Of a stretch of DNA of 64,000 nt, positions 47,999 to 57,173 are shown piece by piece. The notes beneath the pieces were generated by a model. The model did not search any database, was not told where the DNA came from, and worked only from the letters and a program-made list of their open reading frames with translations. The DNA lies in IMG/VR virus record IMGVR_UViG_3300047200_000500, positions 1 through 64,000 of that record; one strand, written 5' to 3'. How positions within the stretch are numbered: the stretch's first letter is position 1; every line of letters starts with the position of its first letter. The translations under genes and the position numbers were made by a program. The stretch comes from a virus.

Positions 47999-48459
47999 GT
48001 TGGTGGGATAAAGAAATACCTCAAGAAATTTCTGATGTACTTGTCATTTTAAGAGTTAAAATAAATGGTAAACAAGTAACTCGTGACTGGCGTAAAGATT
48101 GTGGTATTGATTATGATAGACTAGAAGATGATTTAGCTGATATGTCTAGCATATATTCTTTTTGGACAGCGGTTTTATCAGAAGCCAGGAAAAATTTAAG
48201 AATAGTTGAGTATCAAATTGATATTCGTAAATCTAAAGTGATGAGAGAAATTAAAGTACCAGAAGGTGTAAAATTAACAGTTGCAGATAAAGAAAGTATA
48301 ATTAATATAGATCCAGAAATGGGTGCACTTGTGGTAAAACAAATAGAATTAGAAAATATTGTACAAAAATTGTTTGGAATAGTAGATTCTTTGAAAATGA
48401 AAGCGGATAATTTAAGATCACTTGCGGGATTTAAGAGAGCAGAACTTTCTGGAAGTTAG
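47995..48459 (+). CDS. UvsY-like recombination mediator
   Basis: helical, LTVADKESIINID..., located just before the SSB gene. Confidence 0.5.
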   Translation: MSWWDKEIPQEISDVLVILRVKINGKQVTRDWRKDCGIDYDRLEDDLADMSSIYSFWTAVLSEARKNLRIVEYQIDIRKSKVMREIKVPEGVKLTVADKESIINIDPEMGALVVKQIELENIVQKLFGIVDSLKMKADNLRSLAGFKRAELSGS

Positions 48460-48482
48460 GCAAGTATATAAAGCAACGAACC

Positions 48483-48509
48483 GCAGAAAATGGCCAAACG
48501 GCCATCTGC
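48483..48509 (+). promoter_or_regulatory. 5'-UTR hairpin of the SSB gene
   Basis: GCAG-aaa-ATGGCC-aaac-GGCCAT-CTGC between GTATATAA (48464) and the AGGAG RBS. Confidence 0.5.
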
Positions 48510-48530
48510 AAGTAAACCCAGGAGATCATC

Positions 48531-49580
48531 ATGTCAGGCATCAATAAGTTAGATAAACAAAAGCTCTTAGAGCGCATGCGTGCTAAGCAGCAAGAACAGT
48601 CAGGATTTCATGATCCTACTGAGTGGCGACCACCCAAACTCAAAAAGGATGAGGAGAAGAGTTACAGAGTGATTGTTCTTCCGCCCCTGGAAAAGGGCGA
48701 TACGTGTACTGGTGGTACAGCCACTGAATCTATGGATTTATGGTATCGTGTGCACGGGCACCATTTCATAAATAAGAAACGTTATGAATGCCCACGTGTT
48801 CATCCAGAGAAGGGTGATTGCCCATTGTGTACAACTGGTTTCGATTTGATGCGTGAGACTGATGATAAGAAAGTAAGGTCTGCTCTTGCTAAGGAATGGT
48901 TATCAAGACAGAACTATGCTGCCAATGTTTATTTTGAAAATCATAAGGATAATCCAGAAGATCTTCGTGGTAGAGTATTCTGGTGGTCAATTCCTGAGGG
49001 GGTATTCTTAATTTGCGATAAGGCATTTAAGAATGATGACCCAGGTGATGATGACAATCCTAAGGCTCATGGTCTGTTCTTTGATCCTGATGCCGCTTTC
49101 CCATTAGTGATAGAAGTGAAAGTGAAGAATGATTTTAATAATTATGAAGGGTCACATTTCATTGGTAAGCCTCGTGCTATTGCTTCCACTCAGGAAGAAA
49201 TAAGTGCAATTCTTGCCAAACGCCATGATGTGATGAAGAAATTTGAAGATCGTGATATCAAAGTGTTAAACAAGATTCTTGAAGATAAGATCGGTGGCAC
49301 AACTAGTGGAGATTCTGGCTCATCAAATAGGCCAACTGATGGAGATGAGGGGTATATTGATCAGAAAAAGACTGAACAGAAGACTGAACAGAAGATTCAG
49401 ACCGAATCCAAGAAGACTGAACAGAAGACTGAACAGAAGACTGAACAGAAGACTGAACAGAAGACTGAACAGAAGACTAAGCCTGCTGATCCTCCAAAGG
49501 TTGACCCCCCTAAAGAGGAAGAGGCAGAAGATCCTGAATTAGCCGCTCTTCTTGCTCAGCTTAACAGCGATAAGAAGTAA
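48531..49580 (+). CDS. T4 gp32-like single-stranded DNA-binding protein
   Basis: VLPP, HGHH..CP...CPLC Zn motif, N.Y.NV, FFDP, NNYEGS, acidic tail. Confidence 0.8.
   Translation: MSGINKLDKQKLLERMRAKQQEQSGFHDPTEWRPPKLKKDEEKSYRVIVLPPLEKGDTCTGGTATESMDLWYRVHGHHFINKKRYECPRVHPEKGDCPLCTTGFDLMRETDDKKVRSALAKEWLSRQNYAANVYFENHKDNPEDLRGRVFWWSIPEGVFLICDKAFKNDDPGDDDNPKAHGLFFDPDAAFPLVIEVKVKNDFNNYEGSHFIGKPRAIASTQEEISAILAKRHDVMKKFEDRDIKVLNKILEDKIGGTTSGDSGSSNRPTDGDEGYIDQKKTEQKTEQKIQTESKKTEQKTEQKTEQKTEQKTEQKTKPADPPKVDPPKEEEAEDPELAALLAQLNSDKK
49368..49478 (+). repeat. 12-bp tandem repeat AAGACTGAACAG (2+5 perfect copies; KTEQ)
   Basis: read directly from the sequence. Confidence 0.9.
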
Positions 49581-49601
49581 TAATTGAATTAGTGGTTTCA
49601 A

Positions 49602-49637
49602 TTAAACCCCCCTGGATTAATGTCCAGGGGGGTTTAA
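49602..49637 (+). terminator. intrinsic terminator after the SSB gene
   Basis: perfect 15-bp inverted repeat TTAAACCCCCCTGGA-ttaatg-TCCAGGGGGGTTTAA. Confidence 0.8.
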
Positions 49638-49653
49638 CTTGTATTTTAGAAAA

Positions 49654-50490
49654 ATGGACATTTTAATAGATGGAAAAAATGTGGCGTTTAGAGCAATTTT
49701 TGCGTCAATGGATAAGTTAACAGGAAAACCAAAGACTGATCCTTTAATAATAGCATTTAGAATGCTTTGCAAATGGCGTAGAATTTATAAACCTGATAAT
49801 TGGGCTATTTTTTGGGACGTTCCTAAAGAAAGATTGTGGAGGAAGAAATTGTACCCTCCTTATAAAGAAGGAAGAAGCAAATCATTCATAGATAAAGATT
49901 CTTTAAATGCTTTGATGATGAAATTTACAACTATGATGATGAGTATCTGCCATAACATTAAAATGACCCAATTTATTAAAGATGAAAATGAAGCTGATGA
50001 TTTAATTTACGCTTATGTAAAAGCTTTTCCAGATAAAGAGTTATTAATTGTTTCTAGTGATGGAGATATGGTACAAACATTGTTAAAACATAATAATGTT
50101 AAACTTCATGATCCTAAAAATAAAGATGTTTTATATGAGGATAAACCAGAATATGATCCAGTTATAGTTAAATGTCTGTCTGGTGATTCTAGTGATAATA
50201 TTGATGGATATAGATTGGTTGGTGAAATAACAGCTAAGAAAATAATTCGTGATGGTAAATTAGAAAAATTTTTAGAAGAAAAAGGTAGAGAAATGTTTGA
50301 TCTCAATAAAAAACTGGTTGATTTTGACATGAATGATCATATTAATAGTAATATAGAATATATAAAATCAATTAAAAAGAATGAAAAATTTGACCTTCAA
50401 GAAATTAATAAAATAATTGATAAATATGAATTAAAGGAATTTAAGTCATTAATTTCAGATTTGATAATACCGTTTAAATATAATCCTTGA
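49654..50490 (+). CDS. 5'-3' exonuclease / T4 RNase H (FEN family)
   Basis: IDGKN, WRKKLYPPYKEGR, EADDLI, SSDGD, GDSSDNI. Confidence 0.9.
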   Translation: MDILIDGKNVAFRAIFASMDKLTGKPKTDPLIIAFRMLCKWRRIYKPDNWAIFWDVPKERLWRKKLYPPYKEGRSKSFIDKDSLNALMMKFTTMMMSICHNIKMTQFIKDENEADDLIYAYVKAFPDKELLIVSSDGDMVQTLLKHNNVKLHDPKNKDVLYEDKPEYDPVIVKCLSGDSSDNIDGYRLVGEITAKKIIRDGKLEKFLEEKGREMFDLNKKLVDFDMNDHINSNIEYIKSIKKNEKFDLQEINKIIDKYELKEFKSLISDLIIPFKYNP

Positions 50491-50517
50491 GGTAAATATA
50501 ATTAAGAGGTAATACCC

Positions 50518-50784
50518 ATGGCAGCAGCAGACGTTGAAGTAGTGAACATAATAAGAGTAAGAGTGGATGATGTTGGTACTGTGTACACATCAGATACTTT
50601 AAACAGATCAATTGCGCAAAATCTTAAATTTACTGATGACTGGAGAATTGAACCAGATTCTACTATTCCAGAAACTGCTGGATATCCAACATTAAAAGTT
50701 TTTTTAAAAGCAATGGCCAGCAGGGGTACCCCACATAGACCAATGTTTATCTCTCAGAATTTGGTTGTAACTGTTAAGGTTTAA
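50518..50784 (+). CDS. hypothetical protein
   Basis: GTAAATAT motif and GAGGT RBS. Confidence 0.6.
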   Translation: MAAADVEVVNIIRVRVDDVGTVYTSDTLNRSIAQNLKFTDDWRIEPDSTIPETAGYPTLKVFLKAMASRGTPHRPMFISQNLVVTVKV

Positions 50785-51514
50785 GTTTCTGTATCACAAT
50801 ATCGGATATAATTGAATTTTCAGTCGGCCACGGTTCAGTTAATTCTTTAGCTGTTTCCAATGACATTATTATTTTAATGGGTTTAGGATTATGTATTTCT
50901 TGCTGCGCTTTAAACTCTTCTTCCTCTTTTATTAATTTTTCTCTTTCAATTCTTGCCACTAATACTAATTCCCACCATTTAATTATATCATTTTTGTTTA
51001 TTACTATCCAAAACCCTATTTTTCCATGACTGAATATGGCACAATGTGCCAATTGTTTATTCTTATCAAGTATACTATTTTTCCAGGTAGAAATAGTGTG
51101 ATGATATAAAGTTAATACAGATGGATATCCGCCACTCCAATTATGTATTGATAATTTATCTTGAACACTGTTTTTGAGTTGATTGTATATCATTTCGGAA
51201 TTTTCATTATGGAATACCCAGATATCACTAGTTTTAGAAATTATTTTATTATTTTCCACTATTGGAAGAGTTAAGATATTTACTAATCCTTTTTTCTTAT
51301 CGTCTTTTAAAAATTTTTCCCAAAGACGAATAGCACTAAGATATGAATGTGATCTTTTTACTTCACAGAAAATAGTATTATGAGCACAGTCTGATCTTGT
51401 GGTGCCAGAATTAGCCCCACTTAATGGTATACGCCCTGATAAAGTACCTGTACGAAAACTACCTAGCCAAATTCCGGCTTTTGATTCGCTTGATTTCCAT
51501 ACAACATTTTTCAT
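50774..51514 (-). CDS. PD-(D/E)XK nuclease, Holliday-junction-resolvase-like
   Basis: WK..E, RIPLSG, SD....FCEVK. Confidence 0.5.
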   Translation of the reverse strand: MKNVVWKSSESKAGIWLGSFRTGTLSGRIPLSGANSGTTRSDCAHNTIFCEVKRSHSYLSAIRLWEKFLKDDKKKGLVNILTLPIVENNKIISKTSDIWVFHNENSEMIYNQLKNSVQDKLSIHNWSGGYPSVLTLYHHTISTWKNSILDKNKQLAHCAIFSHGKIGFWIVINKNDIIKWWELVLVARIEREKLIKEEEEFKAQQEIHNPKPIKIIMSLETAKELTEPWPTENSIISDIVIQKLKP

Positions 51515-51571
51515 GTTATATATACTAATGAAAATATATAGTTAATAAACACCTGTTAAAAGGAATAATAT

Positions 51572-51790
51572 ATGGGATGTGGATGTAACAAAAATCAAGT
51601 TAAATCTATTCCTCAATTAAATGTCCAACAGAAGAAAGTTGTCAATGTTGTATCGAGTAATTTAAGAAAATGCATTAAATGTTCATCTAATATGACTTAT
51701 AAGCAGCAATTCGTAGCCAAGTTGCGTGGATACATAAAAATATGGGAGTGTCAAAATAAATCATGCAACTTCAAGATAGTTGGTCCCTGA
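51572..51790 (+). CDS. small Cys-rich protein
   Basis: MGCGC, CIKC, C...C; AAGGA RBS. Confidence 0.55.
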   Translation: MGCGCNKNQVKSIPQLNVQQKKVVNVVSSNLRKCIKCSSNMTYKQQFVAKLRGYIKIWECQNKSCNFKIVGP

Positions 51791-52158
51791 TACAATATTT
51801 AATAATATGGGCTTCATTTGCTTTATTAACTGAAGCAATAGTTGAGATATTAATAAATGCTGGACCACTTGAAGGATTCAGAGGATGGGTTGCTAGAAGA
51901 GGAAAAATTTTGTATATTGATTTTGCAGAATTAATCACTTGTGGATATTGCTGTTCAGTGTGGGTTGCTTTTGCCTTTGCATGGATTTTACCTTCTTTTA
52001 TATTTAGTGATGCAAAATTTTGGGATAGTTATCCAGTGCTTAAAATTGTAGTCTTATTCTCTGATAAATATTTATATTGGTTTTTTAATTGGATAGTATT
52101 GCATAGATTGTCTAATATTGTCCATATTAAACTGAAACCAGTAAAGATAGAGGTGTGA
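51763..52158 (+). CDS. DUF1360-like membrane protein
   Basis: ELITCGYCCSVWVA with hydrophobic segments. Confidence 0.55.
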   Translation: MQLQDSWSLIQYLIIWASFALLTEAIVEILINAGPLEGFRGWVARRGKILYIDFAELITCGYCCSVWVAFAFAWILPSFIFSDAKFWDSYPVLKIVVLFSDKYLYWFFNWIVLHRLSNIVHIKLKPVKIEV

Positions 52159-52159
52159 A

Positions 52160-52603
52160 ATGAAAAAAGAATTTAAGTGTGTCGAAATACGATGTGTAAA
52201 TGATATCAGAAAGGCTTTGATACCATTTACAAAAAATTATAATAAAAATGATGTAGTGTTAAATGGTGAAATTGAGTGGACTGATGAAGATAAAAATGTT
52301 AAAATGAAAACTAGTTTTTCCGCTAACAATAAAGAACTTGGCTTAAAGGATCTTTTAATTGAGGGGTTTGAACAAGTCAAAGAACAAGATAAAGTTTGGA
52401 ATAATTTGCATGACGCTCTTGAAGATGATGAGTATTCTGTAACTCTTCCTCGCATTAATATCAATGATTTTCACATGCCCATTGATAGATTAATAAAAAT
52501 TAGACTTGGCGGAAAGAGAGAAGGATTAACAGTTGTCTGGGTAATCGATGGTAATAAATACATATTTGATCCTTATACTTGTGAATTTATGGGGGATCAA
52601 TGA
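52160..52603 (+). CDS. hypothetical protein
   Basis: GAGG RBS, operon context. Confidence 0.6.
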   Translation: MKKEFKCVEIRCVNDIRKALIPFTKNYNKNDVVLNGEIEWTDEDKNVKMKTSFSANNKELGLKDLLIEGFEQVKEQDKVWNNLHDALEDDEYSVTLPRININDFHMPIDRLIKIRLGGKREGLTVVWVIDGNKYIFDPYTCEFMGDQ

Positions 52604-52881
52604 GAGGAGGAGATGTTGAGGTTGAGTTATTAAAATATGCAGATTTATCAGAATGGAAACCTAAAATTGGTGACATGGTTTTTCATGATGGGTTTATATT
52701 TAGATGGTTTGCTATAATATATCAAGTGAATAATGATATGTTATCTGTTAAAAAATCTGGTAATTTAAGATTGTTAATGCAAGGTGAATATGAGGAAACG
52801 ATATTAAATTTCAGAAAAATTAAGAATTCTATGGTTGGATCATTCAGTGTCATAGGCCACAATAATGTTTATTATGTATGA
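52600..52881 (+). CDS. hypothetical protein
   Basis: ATGA coupling. Confidence 0.6.
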   Translation: MRGGDVEVELLKYADLSEWKPKIGDMVFHDGFIFRWFAIIYQVNNDMLSVKKSGNLRLLMQGEYEETILNFRKIKNSMVGSFSVIGHNNVYYV

Positions 52882-53408
52882 ATAATTATCAATTACCTAG
52901 TTTTGTGGATTATCCTGAATTTTTTAATGTCAGAGAGTATTCAAGTTTATTTAATAATTTGTTTTCATATATTATCAGTCCATATCCTATTGATAATGGA
53001 TATTCTATTTATATAGGGTCTAGAAATGATTATGTTTTTGTAAGATTATCTGATTTTAAATCTAGTGAATTGGATATTACTGACCATAAATACAAATCAA
53101 TATTAAAACATGTTGATAAATTATTGAATATAATGAAAGTGGCAAAAATTAGAGAATCTTGTTATTATTTTTCAAATCAAAATGATCCAATATTGGTAGA
53201 TGTGATGTTATCAGCGAATAAGTTTATGGGTCCAGGAATGATAAGGGATGTTTTTTCTAAAACTGTTCCAACTCAAGAAATAATGAGTGTGGAAAACTTA
53301 ATGATTGATAATTACGATAATTTCAGTGGGAAATATATTAAACCAAGCAGATTTAAATATGTGATAGAAAAAGAATATTTTAGACCATTATATGGAATGA
53401 TTAAATGA
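52878..53408 (+). CDS. hypothetical protein
   Basis: ATGA coupling. Confidence 0.6.
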   Translation: MNNYQLPSFVDYPEFFNVREYSSLFNNLFSYIISPYPIDNGYSIYIGSRNDYVFVRLSDFKSSELDITDHKYKSILKHVDKLLNIMKVAKIRESCYYFSNQNDPILVDVMLSANKFMGPGMIRDVFSKTVPTQEIMSVENLMIDNYDNFSGKYIKPSRFKYVIEKEYFRPLYGMIK

Positions 53409-55285
53409 AATATCTTTTTCAAAACCACAATAATTATACAATACAGATACCAGATAAGGCAGGGAAAACAGTAATATTTGTTAAAGGTCAAAAAATAATT
53501 TTAGATGAATACTTTAGAAGATATGTACCAAAATATTTATCAGTAATTAGGACAATAGATAATAAAATGGAAGTAAAAAGCGTTTCACTTATAAATGGGA
53601 ACCAATTAAATAATGTAAAAAACATTGTTATTAATAACGCTGTTATTAAATCAGTTATTAAACCAGTTGATGCTGTTAATTATAACAAGTCATCTAATAA
53701 AAATCTTTTAGCGAAAAAAATAGTTGGCAAAATAGTTGGAAAAGTGGGACAGTCTGGGATTAGAGCTACTGAATTCTCAGTCGCTAAGATTAAAGAAGAT
53801 ATAATACCAATTTCCAACAATATAGGAGTTGGAATATTAAGTTATAACCGTTTAAAATCATTAGCTGGTTTAATAACTTCAATCAGAAAATTTACTGATC
53901 TCACAAGAACCACTGTATTTGTTAGTGATGAAAGTACTGATCCAGCAGTGTGGGAATGGTTAAGAAATCAACATGACATAATCACATTTCATAATCCAAG
54001 AATTGGAATAGCTGGTAATACAAATAGGACACTGAGATGCCTTGATAGATTTAAGTATAAATTGCTGTTAAATGATGATGTAGAAATATTAGCAAATGGA
54101 TGGGATGTTTTTTATTTTAATAAAATGGCCACAACTGGTATAAAACATTTTTGTTATAGACAAGTCGGTGTTTATAATGCTTCTAGACCTCCTCCCAATC
54201 ACAATGGCATAATAACAGTAAATGATAAACCACATGGGGCAGTTTTAGCTCTACATGATGATGCATTTAAAAAAGTTGGATTCATGGACGAATCGTTTGG
54301 AATTTATGGTTATGAACATGTTGATTATAGTGACAGAATTTCGCGGGCTGGATTTGCACCTGCTGGATATCATGATGTAGCTGGGTCTGAAAAGTTTTTT
54401 AAAATTTATGATGATAAAACGTCTGATGAACAAAAGGGTGAACATTTTTGTAAGGCAAAGGAACTGTACAATAATATTAAAAATGATAAATCTAGAATCT
54501 ACATAGGCACTTCGAATAAAACTGAACTTCCTTCAGTGTCTTATATTATACCATTTAGAGACATTGGGAGGGCAGAGTGCATTGAAACAGTGGTTCAAAA
54601 TGTTAGAGCACAAAGATTCCCAGTTATTCAAATTATTTTATCAGAACAAGATGATAAAGAGGTGATGAATAAGGACAAACTACCTTCTGTTAATTATGTG
54701 TTTTCAAAAAATCCAAATGTTAATTTACCATTTAATAAATCACAAGCGTTTAATGATGGTGTTAATCTTGCAAAATATGATAATTTAATTCTTCATGATG
54801 CAGATATGCTGGTACGTGGCGATTATACAACAATAATTGATAAATTATTAAAAGAATATGAATCTGTTCATATTGGGGCAGATGTTTGTTATATGACAAA
54901 GGAATCAACTGATAAAATAATTTCTATTTATAAAATAGATGAAAATAGTGTTGAATCAGATAGAATAGTTAGTTATTATGAGGGAGGATCACTTGGAATT
55001 AGGAAAGGCACTTACATTAAAATAGGCGGATTTTGTGAATCATTTGTTGGTTATGGTGTTGAAGATTGTGATTTTTTCTGGAAAATAAAGAATCTAACTA
55101 AAATGTTTAATGAAAGATCTATAAGTTTATTTCATTTATGGCATGGTAGAACATCTGGTTGGGAAACGTACCACATAAAGAACAAACAAATTGGTAGCAA
55201 TAGAACGTCAAATGGAATCAATAAAGCCGCAGCCGATGATTCATGGTTTTTATCAAATAAATTTAAACTGAAAGATAGTAAATGA
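53405..55285 (+). CDS. two-domain GT2/GT7-like glycosyltransferase
   Basis: LNDDV...GFMDESFGIYGYEHVDY; IIPFR, FNKSQAFN, HDAD, GGFCESFVGYGVED, HLWH. Confidence 0.85.
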   Translation: MKYLFQNHNNYTIQIPDKAGKTVIFVKGQKIILDEYFRRYVPKYLSVIRTIDNKMEVKSVSLINGNQLNNVKNIVINNAVIKSVIKPVDAVNYNKSSNKNLLAKKIVGKIVGKVGQSGIRATEFSVAKIKEDIIPISNNIGVGILSYNRLKSLAGLITSIRKFTDLTRTTVFVSDESTDPAVWEWLRNQHDIITFHNPRIGIAGNTNRTLRCLDRFKYKLLLNDDVEILANGWDVFYFNKMATTGIKHFCYRQVGVYNASRPPPNHNGIITVNDKPHGAVLALHDDAFKKVGFMDESFGIYGYEHVDYSDRISRAGFAPAGYHDVAGSEKFFKIYDDKTSDEQKGEHFCKAKELYNNIKNDKSRIYIGTSNKTELPSVSYIIPFRDIGRAECIETVVQNVRAQRFPVIQIILSEQDDKEVMNKDKLPSVNYVFSKNPNVNLPFNKSQAFNDGVNLAKYDNLILHDADMLVRGDYTTIIDKLLKEYESVHIGADVCYMTKESTDKIISIYKIDENSVESDRIVSYYEGGSLGIRKGTYIKIGGFCESFVGYGVEDCDFFWKIKNLTKMFNERSISLFHLWHGRTSGWETYHIKNKQIGSNRTSNGINKAAADDSWFLSNKFKLKDSK

Positions 55286-56280
55286 AAATATTAGTTGCAC
55301 GTCCATCTGGTGGAGCTTATCTTTATATTGCTAGGGGTTTTATAAATGCATTTAATGCAATAGGATGTCATGCTAAATTTTGGGATGGAGATGAAAAAAC
55401 TTGGACAGATACAAAGCCAGATTTGTATATCGGTTGCAGTGGACATCGTAAAATAATTCCACAAAATCGTGGTAATGTAAAAGTTGCTATTCATGTTAAT
55501 CCATATGGCACAAGACTTGAGCCTTTGCATGGTGTCGATATAAACGAACCAAAAGAAGCAATAAATTGGACTTTATCACAAAAGCCCGACGTTGTGTTTG
55601 GTTATGGTCACCAAGATGATGCTTCAACTTTTTGGTCAAATTGGTCTAAAAATCATAATATAAAGTTCATTGGAGTTCCAACCGCTGCTGATCATACTTT
55701 GTATTATTCTTTGGAAATTGAAAAGAAAGTTAACAATATTGTTTATCTTGGCGGAAGATGGCCATATAAAGCCAATAAAATTGATCAATGGTTATTACCA
55801 TTAACTAAAGTTACAAATATTAAAATAATGGGTTGGGGAGGGTGGCAAGGTGTTAATGGTTATACTGGTGTCATTCCTGATTCAGATAGCGGAAGAGAAT
55901 TTTTAGCTAGTGGAAAGGTTGGTCCGTGTATGTGTGAGCCTCACACTACAAAATTTGGTATTGATATCCCAGAAAGATTTTTTAAAGTAGCGTTATGCAA
56001 AACACTTCCAGTTGTTGATTTTATTCCCAATTTTAATAGATATTACGAATCCGACACGTTTTTGATGGCCAGGGATCCGAATGAATATGTTGATTTGGTT
56101 TGTAATTATGCTAACAATCCAGCTTTTGAAAAAGCTCGTATCGAATTAACTGAATCAATTTTTAAACAAACTAGATTAAATCATACTTATATGAACAGAA
56201 TGAGAGATTTATGTGCAGGATTAGAAGTTCAAGAATTAGTTGAAAAATTTGATTCTAAAATTAAAGAAATCAATAATTAA
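55282..56280 (+). CDS. GT-B (CgeB-like) glycosyltransferase
   Basis: PTAAD, IVYLG, ERFFKV, HTYMNRM. Confidence 0.7.
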   Translation: MKILVARPSGGAYLYIARGFINAFNAIGCHAKFWDGDEKTWTDTKPDLYIGCSGHRKIIPQNRGNVKVAIHVNPYGTRLEPLHGVDINEPKEAINWTLSQKPDVVFGYGHQDDASTFWSNWSKNHNIKFIGVPTAADHTLYYSLEIEKKVNNIVYLGGRWPYKANKIDQWLLPLTKVTNIKIMGWGGWQGVNGYTGVIPDSDSGREFLASGKVGPCMCEPHTTKFGIDIPERFFKVALCKTLPVVDFIPNFNRYYESDTFLMARDPNEYVDLVCNYANNPAFEKARIELTESIFKQTRLNHTYMNRMRDLCAGLEVQELVEKFDSKIKEINN

Positions 56281-56543
56281 CCACCTATTCTTCGTATAAC
56301 ATTTTCTCTGCATGTAGTGTGGGCTGCCTTTAATAATTTTGTTGCAGCTATGTCATCCGGAAAATAACTTATAATTGATTTTCCCTTAACTATAAATACA
56401 CCGGCATATTCAGTTATTTTATGCTTCTTCATAAGTATTGACATTTCTTCTGTAAATTTATTTATAGCTTGCTTATCGTTATCTGATATGGCATTTTTTT
56501 GTTTATCAGTTTTTAAAGAAGTTTTCTGGATTTTGTCATTCAT
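56277..56543 (-). CDS. hypothetical protein
   Basis: GTATATAA 14 nt upstream on the - strand. Confidence 0.55.
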   Translation of the reverse strand: MNDKIQKTSLKTDKQKNAISDNDKQAINKFTEEMSILMKKHKITEYAGVFIVKGKSIISYFPDDIAATKLLKAAHTTCRENVIRRIGG

Positions 56544-56558
56544 GGTATTTTATATACT

Positions 56559-57173
56559 GTGGACAAACTCGTTCTAAAAGTTGCTCTTGAATATAAAAAT
56601 TCAATTAGCAATTGTGGTGGCCATTTTAGCTTTCCAAAAGCAGATAATATAATCAATACTTATTCATATAGGACATTTAATGCATTTGTTAATAGATGCA
56701 GATCAGATCGCTTGGAAGACAATCAGATATTAGAAATGGTTCGTATAATTGTTAAATATATGCACAGACACAGGATAATGAAAAAAGGTGTTGGGATATT
56801 GTCAAGCCCTGATATTATTGATATTTGTGTTAACGAATTAAAAGGTAATATAAATAAATCTGATAATGTCACAAAATTGATTATTGAATCTAATGATTTT
56901 TTAAATAAACAATCTAATAAGATTGAATTTTTATTAAAAAAGGTAAACAAAAATGGGTTCTCTAATTTGGTATTTCTTAGATGTAAAGGAATATTACCTG
57001 ACGTTTTTATCTGTTGTTCAAAATCTTGCATGAATGTTTATTTTAAACTTGATATAAGTGATAAATCGATGATGTTGGAACCTAAAAATTATATGATTTT
57101 GAAAATGAAAATTATTAATATTGTCGGCATCGATCATATAAAAGAAATAATGGGTGATGATTCTAATGTATAA
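56559..57173 (+). CDS. hypothetical protein (GTG start)
   Basis: GTATTTTA 14 nt upstream; precedes primase. Confidence 0.55.
   Translation: MDKLVLKVALEYKNSISNCGGHFSFPKADNIINTYSYRTFNAFVNRCRSDRLEDNQILEMVRIIVKYMHRHRIMKKGVGILSSPDIIDICVNELKGNINKSDNVTKLIIESNDFLNKQSNKIEFLLKKVNKNGFSNLVFLRCKGILPDVFICCSKSCMNVYFKLDISDKSMMLEPKNYMILKMKIINIVGIDHIKEIMGDDSNV

Noticed and set aside
49368-49478. Possible CRISPR array or iterons
   Set aside because: In-frame 12-bp tandem repeat with no spacers, inside the SSB gene
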